From a virus (lineage: Duplodnaviria; Caudoviricetes): DNA of 64,000 nt. Location: the IMG/VR virus record IMGVR_UViG_3300033072_000473, positions 23,212 through 87,211 of that record; one strand, given 5' to 3'. The translations under genes were made by a program, and so were the position numbers. Of the stretch, positions 36,134 through 45,931 are shown one piece after another. Numbering within the stretch: the first letter of the stretch is position 1; the number at the start of each line of letters is the position of its first letter. Under the pieces are notes generated by a model. It worked only from the letters and a program-made list of their open reading frames with translations, did no database searches and was not told the DNA's origin.

Positions 36134-36850
36134 TTATGTTCCATAATGCTTTAAGTTATACTCTTCTAGATCTATTCTGTTTCCTTTTGCAATATTCTCT
36201 TCTGGAGTTAAATATTGCAGATTGGCAACAACGTGTAGCCCAGATACTAGCTCACCTTTTAATGGTAATATATGATCTACATGTAACCCTTTAGGGCAGT
36301 TCCTATAAAATTCTTGTAAACCTTTTATATCTTCCCAATTAACGCACCGTAAAGAACGTTCACCTTTATAGTGCTGATTTCGCTCTAGAATTTTAGTATA
36401 ATTCTTTTCATAAGACCGTTTATGTGCTTCTTTAGTACTGTCTTTTGAATACGCAATTTTATTTAATTCTTTTCTACAACTTTTACAATAATGGTGTCTA
36501 CCACAAGTTGCACTATTGTCTATATCAAATTCTTTGAAGGTCTTTATCTCTCTACAGGAGATACAAAGTTTATACTCAATAAATATTAGTAATTTCCACT
36601 TCCAAGTTTCGTTGCCGCCGTTTAGCTTTCCAAATTTTGGAACAAAGTATTCATCTAATACTCTATTAATGGTTTGCGCACCTCTATTCAATAGTTTAGC
36701 AGCTTTTGGTATTGTACCTTGCTCAAGTATGGCTAAAATCATATCACCGGCCAATACTTCGGCAGTATTGGATCTAGCCTTTCTTAGCACTGTATTATAC
36801 TCTAAATTAAGTTTATTAAGTATTAAAGTTGTTAATTCTTGATTTGTCAT
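36134..36850 (-). CDS. Free-standing HNH endonuclease
   Basis: CISC...CKSC Zn motif; CPKGLHVDHILPLKGELVSGLHVVANLQYL; SD GGAGG before ATG 36850. Confidence 0.88.
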   Translation of the reverse strand: MTNQELTTLILNKLNLEYNTVLRKARSNTAEVLAGDMILAILEQGTIPKAAKLLNRGAQTINRVLDEYFVPKFGKLNGGNETWKWKLLIFIEYKLCISCREIKTFKEFDIDNSATCGRHHYCKSCRKELNKIAYSKDSTKEAHKRSYEKNYTKILERNQHYKGERSLRCVNWEDIKGLQEFYRNCPKGLHVDHILPLKGELVSGLHVVANLQYLTPEENIAKGNRIDLEEYNLKHYGT

Positions 36851-36908
36851 TTGTGTCCTCCATTTAAATATTATAAATTTAGAAGACATAAAAGTCAAAT
36901 TTAATTTT

Positions 36909-36992
36909 TGGTACCCTCGGTCGGACTCGAACCGACACGCAACTAAGCCCAGGGCCTAAACCTGGTGGATATACCAATTCTCCTACGAGGGT
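36909..36992 (-). tRNA. tRNA-Leu(UAG)
   Basis: CCAGG-TTTAGGC-CCTGG; variable arm; CCA. Confidence 0.92.
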
Positions 36993-36994
36993 AT

Positions 36995-37722
36995 AGTATA
37001 GGAAATTGTTCTTCGTCTACTTCACATGCACTTCTTGAAACCTACAAGTACTAGCGTGTGCCATGTTTTTCGATCTCGCTCAGAAGTAGGTTCTAGCGTT
37101 ATCTCTCCGAGATCTATTTAGACTAGATATACTAAGGGCATGACTCCCGTTCTACTATTAGAATAAATAAACTCTGCGTTAAGAACAATTTACTATACTG
37201 ACAGGCACTCCATACTGTCATTAGGGGACGGGTATCGCAATCCACACGGGGTTCATTTGTCATGGTAACTACCTAGTATCACGGGAACTCCTACCCGAGT
37301 CTAGACTAATTGGGAATACTAGTAACGGCTTTCTGTTATCTCATAATTCAGTAGCTCACCAAACCCATTGGCCTTGTCACATAAGTCGCCCAAATATGAG
37401 TCGGGTCGAAACAGAGTACTTGGTCTACGGCTTGTTACCAGTATAGTTAAGAAGCATCTTTGGCTGTCCCGAAGTTCGAAAACAAGGTAAAGTCCTACAA
37501 GTTGCTTCTTGACTATACCGCCTCCGCCGAGGCATTGTGGTATAGTGTTAGTGATACCTAAGGTAATCCGCACTCCTTTGTATCCCCTAAAAGGGCTGAG
37601 ACTCGAACTCAGTCGGTATTAAGTATCTTTTAAAGGTCTTGCTAACTTCCGACCCCCTAGTCTAACTGTCGACAAGTTACTAGGATTTAGTCTGATTCTT
37701 TGTTTATCTTTCGCCGAATCAG
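36995..37722 (-). ncRNA. Large ornate ncRNA candidate (~720 nt; GOLLD/ROOL-like in size and context)
   Basis: Own promoter (TTGTTT-17-TATAAT, 37730..37758); 16-18 bp long-range stems; T-arm mimic; no credible ORF; ends at tRNA-Leu. Confidence 0.75.
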
Positions 37723-37766
37723 AAATAATATTATACGCTAATAGTTAGCGATAAACAAGTCAAAAT

Positions 37767-38768
37767 TTACTTATTCATTAGCATCATCATCATGAGCATA
37801 TTTTGATCCATCTGCTTTCCGCCCATCATGCTCATCATAGCAAAAGTTTTCATATCAAACTCTTTGCCGTCGCCCATCATCATAGCCATCATCATAGGAT
37901 TGGTATTTTCACCAAACATATTCTTAACGGCTAGAACAGTATTCTTACCGAAGAATAGGTTGGTTACTTGCCCAACCTGCTTTACTTCGCCGTTAAGCGT
38001 AACTACTTCATAGCCACTTTCAGTTTTCTGCTTGAAGAAATAGGCATCTTGCCCGCTAATGATAATGTCCCCTTCTTCTAGCGTTTCTACAGCCACTCGC
38101 ATAGCAAAAGCTGGTACTTTAACACCAAAATCAGTAATAGGATTAACGGAAACGCCACCATCAACGTAGACAGAAATCCCGTCTTGGGACTGTACACCGA
38201 ACTTTCCTGATTGGATGTCGATTGCAACATTCTTGACCTCACGAAAGAAAGAGTCACGCATATTAGATTGAATGTTCATTTGTGTATCCTTAGATTTATT
38301 AAGCTGTTCGTTAACGTATTTTTTAGTTGCTACTTCTTCACCATTTACTACTAAGTTTCCAGTAGTGTTGCTAGTTAAATTAGCAAAGCGCTTAGAGGTT
38401 CCTGAAGCTGCAAAAGTATATGCCGCAGTATTTTGTAGTGAAGAAGGAAGTCGTTGAAGAATTAAGTAGTTAGGAGTATATTTAGTGATAGTGTATTTAG
38501 CACCGTAACCGGCGAGTGTTTGTGCTGCTGCTACCTCATATTGAGGTATATCAGCATTGCGAATATACGCAACATGTACACCCTTAATCAACACTGCGTA
38601 GGCCTGCCCATTAACTCCATTAGTATTATACTCATGTTTAATCTCAACCTCAGGTTTAATACTACCTGGATCATTAATTTGAGGAATAAAACTTTTTAGG
38701 TATTCTTGATCTTGCGTAGGTCTAAACCGCATACCTACTGCAATTAATTTATCTGGATATGAGGACAT
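37767..38768 (-). CDS. Hypothetical protein with HIRAN-like N-terminus and Met-rich C-terminus
   Basis: LIAVGMRFR...EHEYN...AYAV...HVAYI; tail NPMMMAMMMG...LMMMMLMNK. Confidence 0.65.
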   Translation of the reverse strand: MSSYPDKLIAVGMRFRPTQDQEYLKSFIPQINDPGSIKPEVEIKHEYNTNGVNGQAYAVLIKGVHVAYIRNADIPQYEVAAAQTLAGYGAKYTITKYTPNYLILQRLPSSLQNTAAYTFAASGTSKRFANLTSNTTGNLVVNGEEVATKKYVNEQLNKSKDTQMNIQSNMRDSFFREVKNVAIDIQSGKFGVQSQDGISVYVDGGVSVNPITDFGVKVPAFAMRVAVETLEEGDIIISGQDAYFFKQKTESGYEVVTLNGEVKQVGQVTNLFFGKNTVLAVKNMFGENTNPMMMAMMMGDGKEFDMKTFAMMSMMGGKQMDQNMLMMMMLMNK

Positions 38769-38783
38769 TTTTATCTCTTAAAA

Positions 38784-38875
38784 TGGTAGAAGCGGCAGGA
38801 ATCGAACCTGCATTGGCCAATTATCTATTGCACACGGGATATAAGTCCGCTGTTTTACCGTTAAACTACGCTTCC
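38784..38875 (-). tRNA. tRNA-Ile(UAU)-like with long variable arm
   Basis: GGAAGCG/CGCTTCT; loop CT-TAT-AT; 22-nt variable region with CAAT/ATTG stem; CCA. Confidence 0.8.
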
Positions 38876-38921
38876 CAAACTGTAAATAATATTATACAGA
38901 GATTAACTACTAAAAACAAGT

Positions 38922-39098
38922 TTAAATTTCTAGATATGAAATAAACGCATCACAGTTTGCACAGTAATCGTATATATCTTCTTCAGTATCAAAGTCACCA
39001 CCTAGAAAATTATTCATAGCCTCTAAGGGTGAACAGTCGTAGTATGCTGCTTGTTTAATTTCACCATCAAATAGTGAAAGATATGCAATTATAATCAT
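38922..39098 (-). CDS. Small acidic hypothetical protein (58 aa, not in ORF track)
   Basis: MIIIAYLSLFDGEIK...; ATG overlaps the uvsE stop. Confidence 0.5.
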   Translation of the reverse strand: MIIIAYLSLFDGEIKQAAYYDCSPLEAMNNFLGGDFDTEEDIYDYCANCDAFISYLEI

Positions 39099-40096
39099 TA
39101 AATAACTCCCTGTGCAAATTGAAAACTAGCTAAATTCTTTTCTTTAGCCTCACACATAATATCAACATATGGTAAAAACTCTTTAGCCCACTGATTACAC
39201 CAAGTATTATGATAGTAATCACTATGTGCGCGAAGTTTAGCTTTAGTTAGACCACTAGCCAATAGTTGCTTAAGATCGTATGGTTGATCTCGGTCAAGAT
39301 TGCCTACATGCTCTATACGGCTAACTGCATAGTGCAGTGTGGGTCGCACACCTCGCCAAGATTCAATAACCTGCTGTACTCGTGGATCACTAGGTTTAAT
39401 ATACTCACCGGTAGCAATCCAGTGATGATGAATATCAAGCACTAAAGCGCAACGGTCTTTAAGCTCTAGTGAGTGTTCAAGATGCCAAGAGAACTCAGCA
39501 TTTTCAATAGTTAAACAGTTTCTAGCTTCGCGACTGAGTTTTTTAAGAACTTGCTTAATGCCTTCAGGCCCGCGCTTACCGCCAATGTGTACATTAATTT
39601 TAAAGTCTTGAAACTCTTGACCATAGCCCATCCAACGAGCAATGTCTGTATGATATTCAAACTCATAAATTGAGTTTTCTACGATTTGATCGTTATCACT
39701 GGCAAGAACGCAGAACTGCCCAGGGTGAAATGAAAGTCGAATATCGTGTTTACGTGCTAGATCGCCGCACTCTTTAAAGCCGCGTTCTAGTAAGTTTTGC
39801 ATATCTAGTTCTTGATAACACCACATATAGTCTTCATGCGTATATGCAGTAAGCAAGTCGCTAGTCATGCGAAACATACGCAAATGTTCAGGCTGCTTAG
39901 CTAAGAACAAGATTTGCTTTTTAAGTGCTTCAATATTAAACTTAGCAAGAGCGTATAATCGCTCATATGCTTTTTGTTTAGTTTGTTTAGATAGCCAAGC
40001 AATAGTAGTTGAACTAGTATTCAAGGCTTTATCTGCCGTTCCCGGACTTTGTTGAATCTTACACGCAAAACCAATTCTAGGAATTTGTTTGAACAT
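39098..40096 (-). CDS. uvsE: UV damage endonuclease (UvsE/UvdE)
   Basis: RIGFACK, FRMTSDL, RLSFHPGQF, LTIEN, VLDIHHH, HSDY, DIMCEAKEK. Confidence 0.93.
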   Translation of the reverse strand: MFKQIPRIGFACKIQQSPGTADKALNTSSTTIAWLSKQTKQKAYERLYALAKFNIEALKKQILFLAKQPEHLRMFRMTSDLLTAYTHEDYMWCYQELDMQNLLERGFKECGDLARKHDIRLSFHPGQFCVLASDNDQIVENSIYEFEYHTDIARWMGYGQEFQDFKINVHIGGKRGPEGIKQVLKKLSREARNCLTIENAEFSWHLEHSLELKDRCALVLDIHHHWIATGEYIKPSDPRVQQVIESWRGVRPTLHYAVSRIEHVGNLDRDQPYDLKQLLASGLTKAKLRAHSDYYHNTWCNQWAKEFLPYVDIMCEAKEKNLASFQFAQGVI

Positions 40097-40161
40097 TTTT
40101 ATACTTTCAAATAATATAAAAAATTATACCCGCTTGATAACAAAGTATCAAGCGGGTATTT

Positions 40162-40758
40162 TTATACTTCAAATTTATTATGTTTTGAACAATTATCTTG
40201 TGCAGGTAAATATTGTAAATTAATTTCTACATGAAGCCCCGATACTAATTCTCCCTGTAGTGGGATTATATGGTCTACATGATAACCTTCGGGACAGTTT
40301 TTATATATTTCTTTTATTCTTGAAATATTAGCCCAATTTGGAGTTCTTTGTAACTTGCTACACTTATAAGTAGCTGTACGTTCTGTTTGTGTCTTTTTAG
40401 TTGTAGTATAATGACAGGTTTTACACATTGTTTGTAGCCCGTCTTTCCTACTAGCGTTTTTTCTAAAATTATCTATACTATGTACTTTATTGCAGTGACT
40501 ACAGTATTTTAGTTCAAATAAAGGCAGTATATACGAATGTATTTTTGTAGCAGACTTTGTTCTATTAGGAAATAGTTCTGATAGAAACTTTGAAATAGTT
40601 TTAGCATCTTTATTTAAAAGATATGCTAAGTTATAATTTTTAAACTTAGAAAAAGTATCTATTACTAATTCCGGGCATAAGTTATAGTTTTTACATATAG
40701 TAAAATACTGAGGTTGTAGCACTAGTATGCAATTAAGCAAAATTTCTTTATCTGTCAT
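40162..40758 (-). CDS. Free-standing HNH endonuclease (paralog of 36134..36850)
   Basis: CSHC...CKTC; CPEGYHVDHIIPLQGELVSGLHVEINLQYL. Confidence 0.88.
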   Translation of the reverse strand: MTDKEILLNCILVLQPQYFTICKNYNLCPELVIDTFSKFKNYNLAYLLNKDAKTISKFLSELFPNRTKSATKIHSYILPLFELKYCSHCNKVHSIDNFRKNASRKDGLQTMCKTCHYTTTKKTQTERTATYKCSKLQRTPNWANISRIKEIYKNCPEGYHVDHIIPLQGELVSGLHVEINLQYLPAQDNCSKHNKFEV

Positions 40759-40805
40759 AATAAATGTATTATAGCAGCTGACTCAGAAATTTTCAACTAA
40801 ATTTT

Positions 40806-40882
40806 TGGTCCCCCCGACAGGACTCGAACCTGTAATCAACAAATTATGAGTTTGCTGCCTTAACCAATTAGGCTACAGGGGG
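40806..40882 (-). tRNA. tRNA with CAU anticodon (Ile2- or Met-type)
   Basis: GCAAA-CTCATAA-TTTGT; slightly irregular acceptor stem; CCA. Confidence 0.8.
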
Positions 40883-40891
40883 TACTAATAT

Positions 40892-41200
40892 TTACCAACG
40901 AGCAATATCTTCTTTAAAAGAGCCACCACCTTGACGTTGGCAGTCGTGCTCTACTGGATCATACTCTTCCCAGTAGTACTCAAGGTCTTCGTCGCAGAAT
41001 ACTCGATCCATATCACGATCAGTTCCTTGCATATTGTAGTAGTCATCTACCTCTACAAACTCTCCAAAAGACTCAGCACATTCAGCAGCAAGCTGATAGG
41101 CTGCATCAGAAATTTGTTCATCGGAACAATCTTCCATATCATATACATGGGTATAGTGCATACCTACGCCACAAGAAACATAGAAAAATACAGGACGCAT
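40892..41200 (-). CDS. Acidic hypothetical protein
   Basis: ORF track. Confidence 0.55.
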   Translation of the reverse strand: MRPVFFYVSCGVGMHYTHVYDMEDCSDEQISDAAYQLAAECAESFGEFVEVDDYYNMQGTDRDMDRVFCDEDLEYYWEEYDPVEHDCQRQGGGSFKEDIARW

Positions 41201-41247
41201 GTTTAGCTCTTTATCAACGATTAAAATAGTATTTTACATCAAATATA

Positions 41248-41805
41248 TTACTTATTCAAGCTTAGATTTTTAATATAAGTATCTCTTATACCTTCTGCAT
41301 CATGTAGTGCATGATGTGGCACTTTAGATGTGTACTCTAGAGTACGATCAATCTCAAATAGCAATTTGGAATGAATGTTCAACATTATTCCAGGTCCAGT
41401 AATCAATAAGTCGTTAAAATACTTAATATCATCAGGCCAGTCTGCAATTATAATGCAATCACCTAGTTCATTAATATAATTTTCCAAGTCTAGCTGTATT
41501 TCTAGTTTATTTTTTGGTACTAGAGTCATATTTGGGATAACATTTTCTGAAACCCAAGGATGTAAAGGCTCAGTAATATTAAACTCTTTATAAAAACTAG
41601 GGTAGCTCTTATCAAGGGGCACTAATGCAATAGATAAAATTTGACCACCGAACCCATTAAATTCAGTATCAATAAATAGCTTAACTGAATCTTTTCTCTT
41701 CATTGGATTATCCCTAGCAAAGATCATATCCCAGCGTTGAGCATACTCTTCATTACTTACTTGTTGTGGGCGTTGTTTACTGCCCTTTCCTGCTTCACTT
41801 GCCAT
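41248..41805 (-). CDS. DnaQ-like 3'-5' exo(ribo)nuclease with short N-terminal extension
   Basis: FIDTEF, ADWPDD, HHALHDA (DEDDh). Confidence 0.75.
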   Translation of the reverse strand: MASEAGKGSKQRPQQVSNEEYAQRWDMIFARDNPMKRKDSVKLFIDTEFNGFGGQILSIALVPLDKSYPSFYKEFNITEPLHPWVSENVIPNMTLVPKNKLEIQLDLENYINELGDCIIIADWPDDIKYFNDLLITGPGIMLNIHSKLLFEIDRTLEYTSKVPHHALHDAEGIRDTYIKNLSLNK

Positions 41806-42164
41806 AACTATCTACCTCAAATGCGTAGTGTAATACGCAAAAATCTTCAATACATCGTTGATAATTAATAAGATGCTTTTTATTTACTGCTTCCATTCTT
41901 TGTGACCAATATGGAAAATACTGTTCAATAATTTGAGCTTCTGTAATATATTGATCACCTTCTAAATCAAAGTATTTATACAGTTTCATATTCAGAAAGT
42001 TCAATAATGTTGCTTAGGTTATTGGCACAGCGTTTAGCGTAGTATTTACCACCATCTACTGCAATTTCTCCGCATTTACACCATACAAAGTCATGTCGAT
42101 GCTTAGACTCGATAATATCACCACATAGTTTGCACTGAGCTTTATTAACAACAATCTTTTCCAT
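41795..42164 (-). other. Two small CDSs (41795..42004; Zn-finger 41976..42164)
   Basis: ORF track; CKLCGD...CKCGEIAVDGG. Confidence 0.6.
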
Positions 42165-42272
42165 ATTAATCTCCAGTATCCCGCTTACTTTATACGGGAA
42201 CCACTACGCGGGTTAGTGTAATTACGCGGACGCCTTTTACGTAGCCTCCAACGATCCTAAGGTGGATTCTAT

Positions 42273-42920
42273 TTAGAATTGAAAACTAATACCACTAAAA
42301 GTTTCAATATCTTTAATACTAGTAGGCTTAACTACGCTATCCTTAATATTGGGAGCATAGTAAGCATCTGTTTTTCCATCTGGAAAGAATACTACTTTAT
42401 AGTAGGCTTGAGGAACAGGTATTTTATTGACTAACTTAGGCTGAGCTTCATAGACTGCTCCAGTTACCACTACTAAATCTAGATTTAGATTTGTAGAGTT
42501 CTGTCTAATACGTTCTTCTAAGTTTTTCCAAGATTTTCTATTAAGAGTAGGTTCTTGCGGAGTCATGTTAGTCATGAAAAAGGTTTCATGCATTTCTTTT
42601 TCATTTGTAGCGTCTGCTGCCGGAACCATATGCCCTCTATCATACCCAGTATTTAAATACTGTTTGGGAGATACAGGATAAGGAACTCTATAGTCTGCTC
42701 TAAAATCATTAGTACGCTTTACTAAATCTCTACTAGGGCGTACAACTTCAGAGGTTAAAATAACTTTATGAGCTAGAGCATCGAACCTGGAAACATAAAA
42801 ACTATTACATAATTCTACAGTGCCAGTAACTGCGAGTTCTTTACTTTTTGGGTAAAGAAAGTCGCAGTTGCCAGCAAAAGCCGAATTACATAATAAAAGG
42901 GTTAGTAAAAACTTTTTCAT
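42273..42920 (-). CDS. DNA/RNA non-specific endonuclease (NucA/Serratia family) with signal peptide
   Basis: MKKFLLTLLLCNSAFAG signal; DRGH catalytic motif; FFMTNMTPQ; track start lies inside tRNA-Trp. Confidence 0.88.
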   Translation of the reverse strand: MKKFLLTLLLCNSAFAGNCDFLYPKSKELAVTGTVELCNSFYVSRFDALAHKVILTSEVVRPSRDLVKRTNDFRADYRVPYPVSPKQYLNTGYDRGHMVPAADATNEKEMHETFFMTNMTPQEPTLNRKSWKNLEERIRQNSTNLNLDLVVVTGAVYEAQPKLVNKIPVPQAYYKVVFFPDGKTDAYYAPNIKDSVVKPTSIKDIETFSGISFQF

Positions 42921-42927
42921 ATAAATT

Positions 42928-43001
42928 TGGCGAAGCCTCAGGGACTCGAACCCCAACCAGTGATTTTGGAGATCACCATACTGCCATTATACTAAGGCCT
43001 C
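42928..43001 (-). tRNA. tRNA-Trp(CCA)
   Basis: GTGAT-CTCCAAA-ATCAC; CCA. Confidence 0.93.
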
Positions 43002-44638
43002 TTACATTCGTGCAATATCTTTTAGTTTAAAACCATGTGCACGCTTACGCTTCATGATTTTCTTCTTGGAGCCTTCAAACTTAAACAACACTGCATCACC
43101 ACGCGACTCTTTATAAGCCTGCTCTGCCTCACGGAAGTGAGTAGTCCACTGAAGGGTAGTGCCGTTAGATTGTACTTCAAACATCAAAATCTCCTAGAGA
43201 GTTTAGGTCAAATAGCTGGGAAACATCTTCCCAGCTATCATCGAGTTCTTCATCAAATAAATTATCTGGTATTACATCAGGGGTATAGTCGTCGTCTTGT
43301 TCTTCAAATCCCATACAATGGTAATAGAGTCGTAGCCCTTTTCTACGAGGGCTTTTGCATCTCTAGAGGAGAAGTAAGATCCGCCAACTACTTTAAAGTC
43401 TTTACCCGCGTTCCAATCTTCTAACATAGCTGCTACGCTAGTATAAGACCGGCCATACGCTGGAATTGCTTCAATAGTATTGAACATACTGTACCCCTGA
43501 GTGATTAAAAAATTAATTATATCAAGTTAATTGATAAAAATCAATCTAAAAATTTTAATCTTCCAGATAGCAAGACTTTACAGTAAGCTCAAGTTCGTCA
43601 AGCTCGTTACGAATGTGATAGAAATAGTTCAACCACATGGCTTCTAGGTTTTGGGCAATGGTAATCTCGCGATTCCACTCAAACGAAACATATTCACCAA
43701 TCTTAACAAATCGACCAAGTGCTACCTGGCGACCAATATCTTTATTATACAAATCCTTGGATGAACATTCTGCAACTGCTACGTGAAGCAGCTTAGAGTC
43801 GGGTTCTGCAGCAATGCAGAAAGTTACTCCGCCCTTTGCTTCAATCTCTAGCTGATCTTCATCAAGAACGCGATAGTGACGATACGTTACAAACATATCT
43901 TCATCGCAAGAACCTTGATGCTCTTCCAGAGTAGATTTAACCAAAAAATGTTCAACTGCTTGAGTGCTATTCATACTTTTTTCCTTCTTTCAAAAATGAT
44001 TTATATTCCCGGATTGCTTCAGGGTCTACACTACCTAAACTCCTGAACTCGTCTTTGCCAAATTTATCGTACCAGTCATTAGCCTTCTGCTCAAAATCTT
44101 TATTGTTTACGTTAACACCGTATTTACGGAATCTATGCAAAAATGCACCAACAACAAGCTCTTTTGAATATCCAGCCATGCTAGTCTCCCAAGCAAAGAT
44201 AATATTATATTATTATTTAGCTAAAGTATCAAGTGTAAATTTTGCGTTCTGTTGGCGTACAGTATATCCGCCCACTGCAACAGCAGGCCCTCTAAATACT
44301 CTACTCTTTTCTAAACTCTTGATTGCTTCACTAATAGAGTCTGCATTTTTATTTTGTTGCAGTACTTCCTGCTCTTTAGCTTCTGCTTTTAGTGCGGCAT
44401 AGGCAACACAGTCTTCTGCACTATCTTGATGATAACCTGGGCGTTGCCACTGGCGTACATCCTTTAAGATTTGTAGTAATAGCCAACCTTCTGCTTCAGT
44501 TAAGTTGCGTCCAGTAATAATATTAAAAGCATCAACACATTTGCCCATAGAACGCTCACCTTCTGGCTTATCATACTGTTTGCCGCGTTCTTGCATAATT
44601 TGTGCAGCCTTATTTAAAAAGTCTACTGCTGTAGTCAC
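43002..44638 (-). other. Run of small hypothetical CDSs (43002..43187, 43272..43487, 43555..43974, 43967..44179, 44213..44638)
   Basis: ORF track, co-oriented; 44213..44638 has ERGKQY...QDSAEDCVAYAAL, a common phage domain (DUF6378-like). Confidence 0.6.
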
Positions 44639-44807
44639 ATTGCACCATATTCACTATACTTTGGAAAGACCACATCTTTACGATCTACCCATACTTTAAT
44701 AAAATCTAGTTCTGCTAAATCCCAATATTCAATTAAACAGCGATCTCCAGTAGCCTGTAGTATTTCACACTCTACTAAAGTTCCGCAATATTTCCAATAA
44801 GTTTTAA

Positions 44808-45335
44808 TCATACATCACCTAGTGGCCCGCCTTCTTCATCGTAGAAGTGCTTGTTATTTAATTCATCATACCAAAAAGCCCTACCGTTTTCAGTATAAGG
44901 CTCGTCAGGCTCATAAGCCCAGCCAAGCTGCTTCATTAGCTTGTGCTTTACTAAAAGATTAGGAGCGCGATAATCAAACATATCACGAAAGCCCATCATT
45001 ACGCCAACTTCACATACTGCACCGCTGCGACATACACCGGCAACACAGTGCACAACAACATTCATTTTATTGTCAAGTGCGCGTATAAGAAGATCAATAA
45101 TGCTAGCAGCTTGCGCATCAGTAATCTTAAATTCATCACCCCACATATCAGTCGCTTCCAGATCAAGAAATTCAAACTGATGAACTTCTTTGAACTGATG
45201 TTGAGGCTTAGGAAATTCCATAGCAGGATCAACAATCTGGATTAACATAGAGTTAATACCAGCGTCATAATTCCATCCCCGCTGAATATCTTTTAAGCTA
45301 CAATTTTGAATCCAAGGTTGCATACTGTTCTCCAA
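44808..45335 (-). CDS. Protein-tyrosine/dual-specificity phosphatase-like protein
   Basis: HCVAGVCRS P-loop (CX5R). Confidence 0.8.
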   Translation of the reverse strand: MENSMQPWIQNCSLKDIQRGWNYDAGINSMLIQIVDPAMEFPKPQHQFKEVHQFEFLDLEATDMWGDEFKITDAQAASIIDLLIRALDNKMNVVVHCVAGVCRSGAVCEVGVMMGFRDMFDYRAPNLLVKHKLMKQLGWAYEPDEPYTENGRAFWYDELNNKHFYDEEGGPLGDV

Positions 45336-45391
45336 TCAATATATCCATTATACCCACTTAGCAGAATAAATTCAATTTAAAAAATTTTAGT

Positions 45392-45420
45392 TTGTTTTTA
45401 GTTTACTTTAGGGGTATAAT
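45392..45420 (+). promoter_or_regulatory. Sigma70 promoter at the divergence point
   Basis: TTGTTT-17-TATAAT. Confidence 0.75.
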
Positions 45421-45577
45421 ATAAAAATAGAAATTTGGAGAGCAAAAATGAGACCCAAACGTAACTTAGTGGCCCGATTCGCACAAAGATGCGGGACTGG
45501 CCGGCACGTATCTAAGCAAGGAAAGCTTGCTCCTAGAGCTAAACATAAACAACATTTTATCAAGGAAATGAAACGCT

Positions 45578-45931
45578 ATGGATGACAATACTAAGCTTCA
45601 ACCCTACACTAAAGAAATGATTGAGGAGTTGAAGGCAGAATACTTGAAGTCTCCTACCCGAGAGACTATTGAGGCTTTGGCAAAGAAGTTTGATCGTAAT
45701 GTTAGATCAATTACTGCTAAACTGTCAAGAGAAGGTATTTATGTTAAACTTCCGTACAGAACCAAGCAGGGTGAAGTACCTCATACAAAAGAGGATTTAG
45801 TTGACTTAATTGCCGAATTAATGGGTGAGTTTCCAGAAGCGCTAGAGGGGCTTGAAAAGGCTCCTAAATTAGTATTGAGAAAGTTAGCCCAGGCATTGGA
45901 TGAAAATGCGCTTGAACGCTTCAAAGGTTAA
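45578..45931 (+). CDS. A2/D3-family DNA-binding protein paralog
   Basis: YT.E...LA.KF...VRSI.AKLSREG.Y motif shared with 59052.. and 61032.. Confidence 0.7.
   Translation: MDDNTKLQPYTKEMIEELKAEYLKSPTRETIEALAKKFDRNVRSITAKLSREGIYVKLPYRTKQGEVPHTKEDLVDLIAELMGEFPEALEGLEKAPKLVLRKLAQALDENALERFKG

Noticed and set aside
37319-37573. 84-aa ORF inside the large ncRNA
   Set aside because: No SD, implausible composition, and it lies within long paired stems
33038-43030. ORFs 33038..33232, 34242..34433, 35380..35658, 38759..38944, 42848..43030
   Set aside because: They overlap tRNA/tmRNA genes, mostly antisense; artefacts of structured RNA
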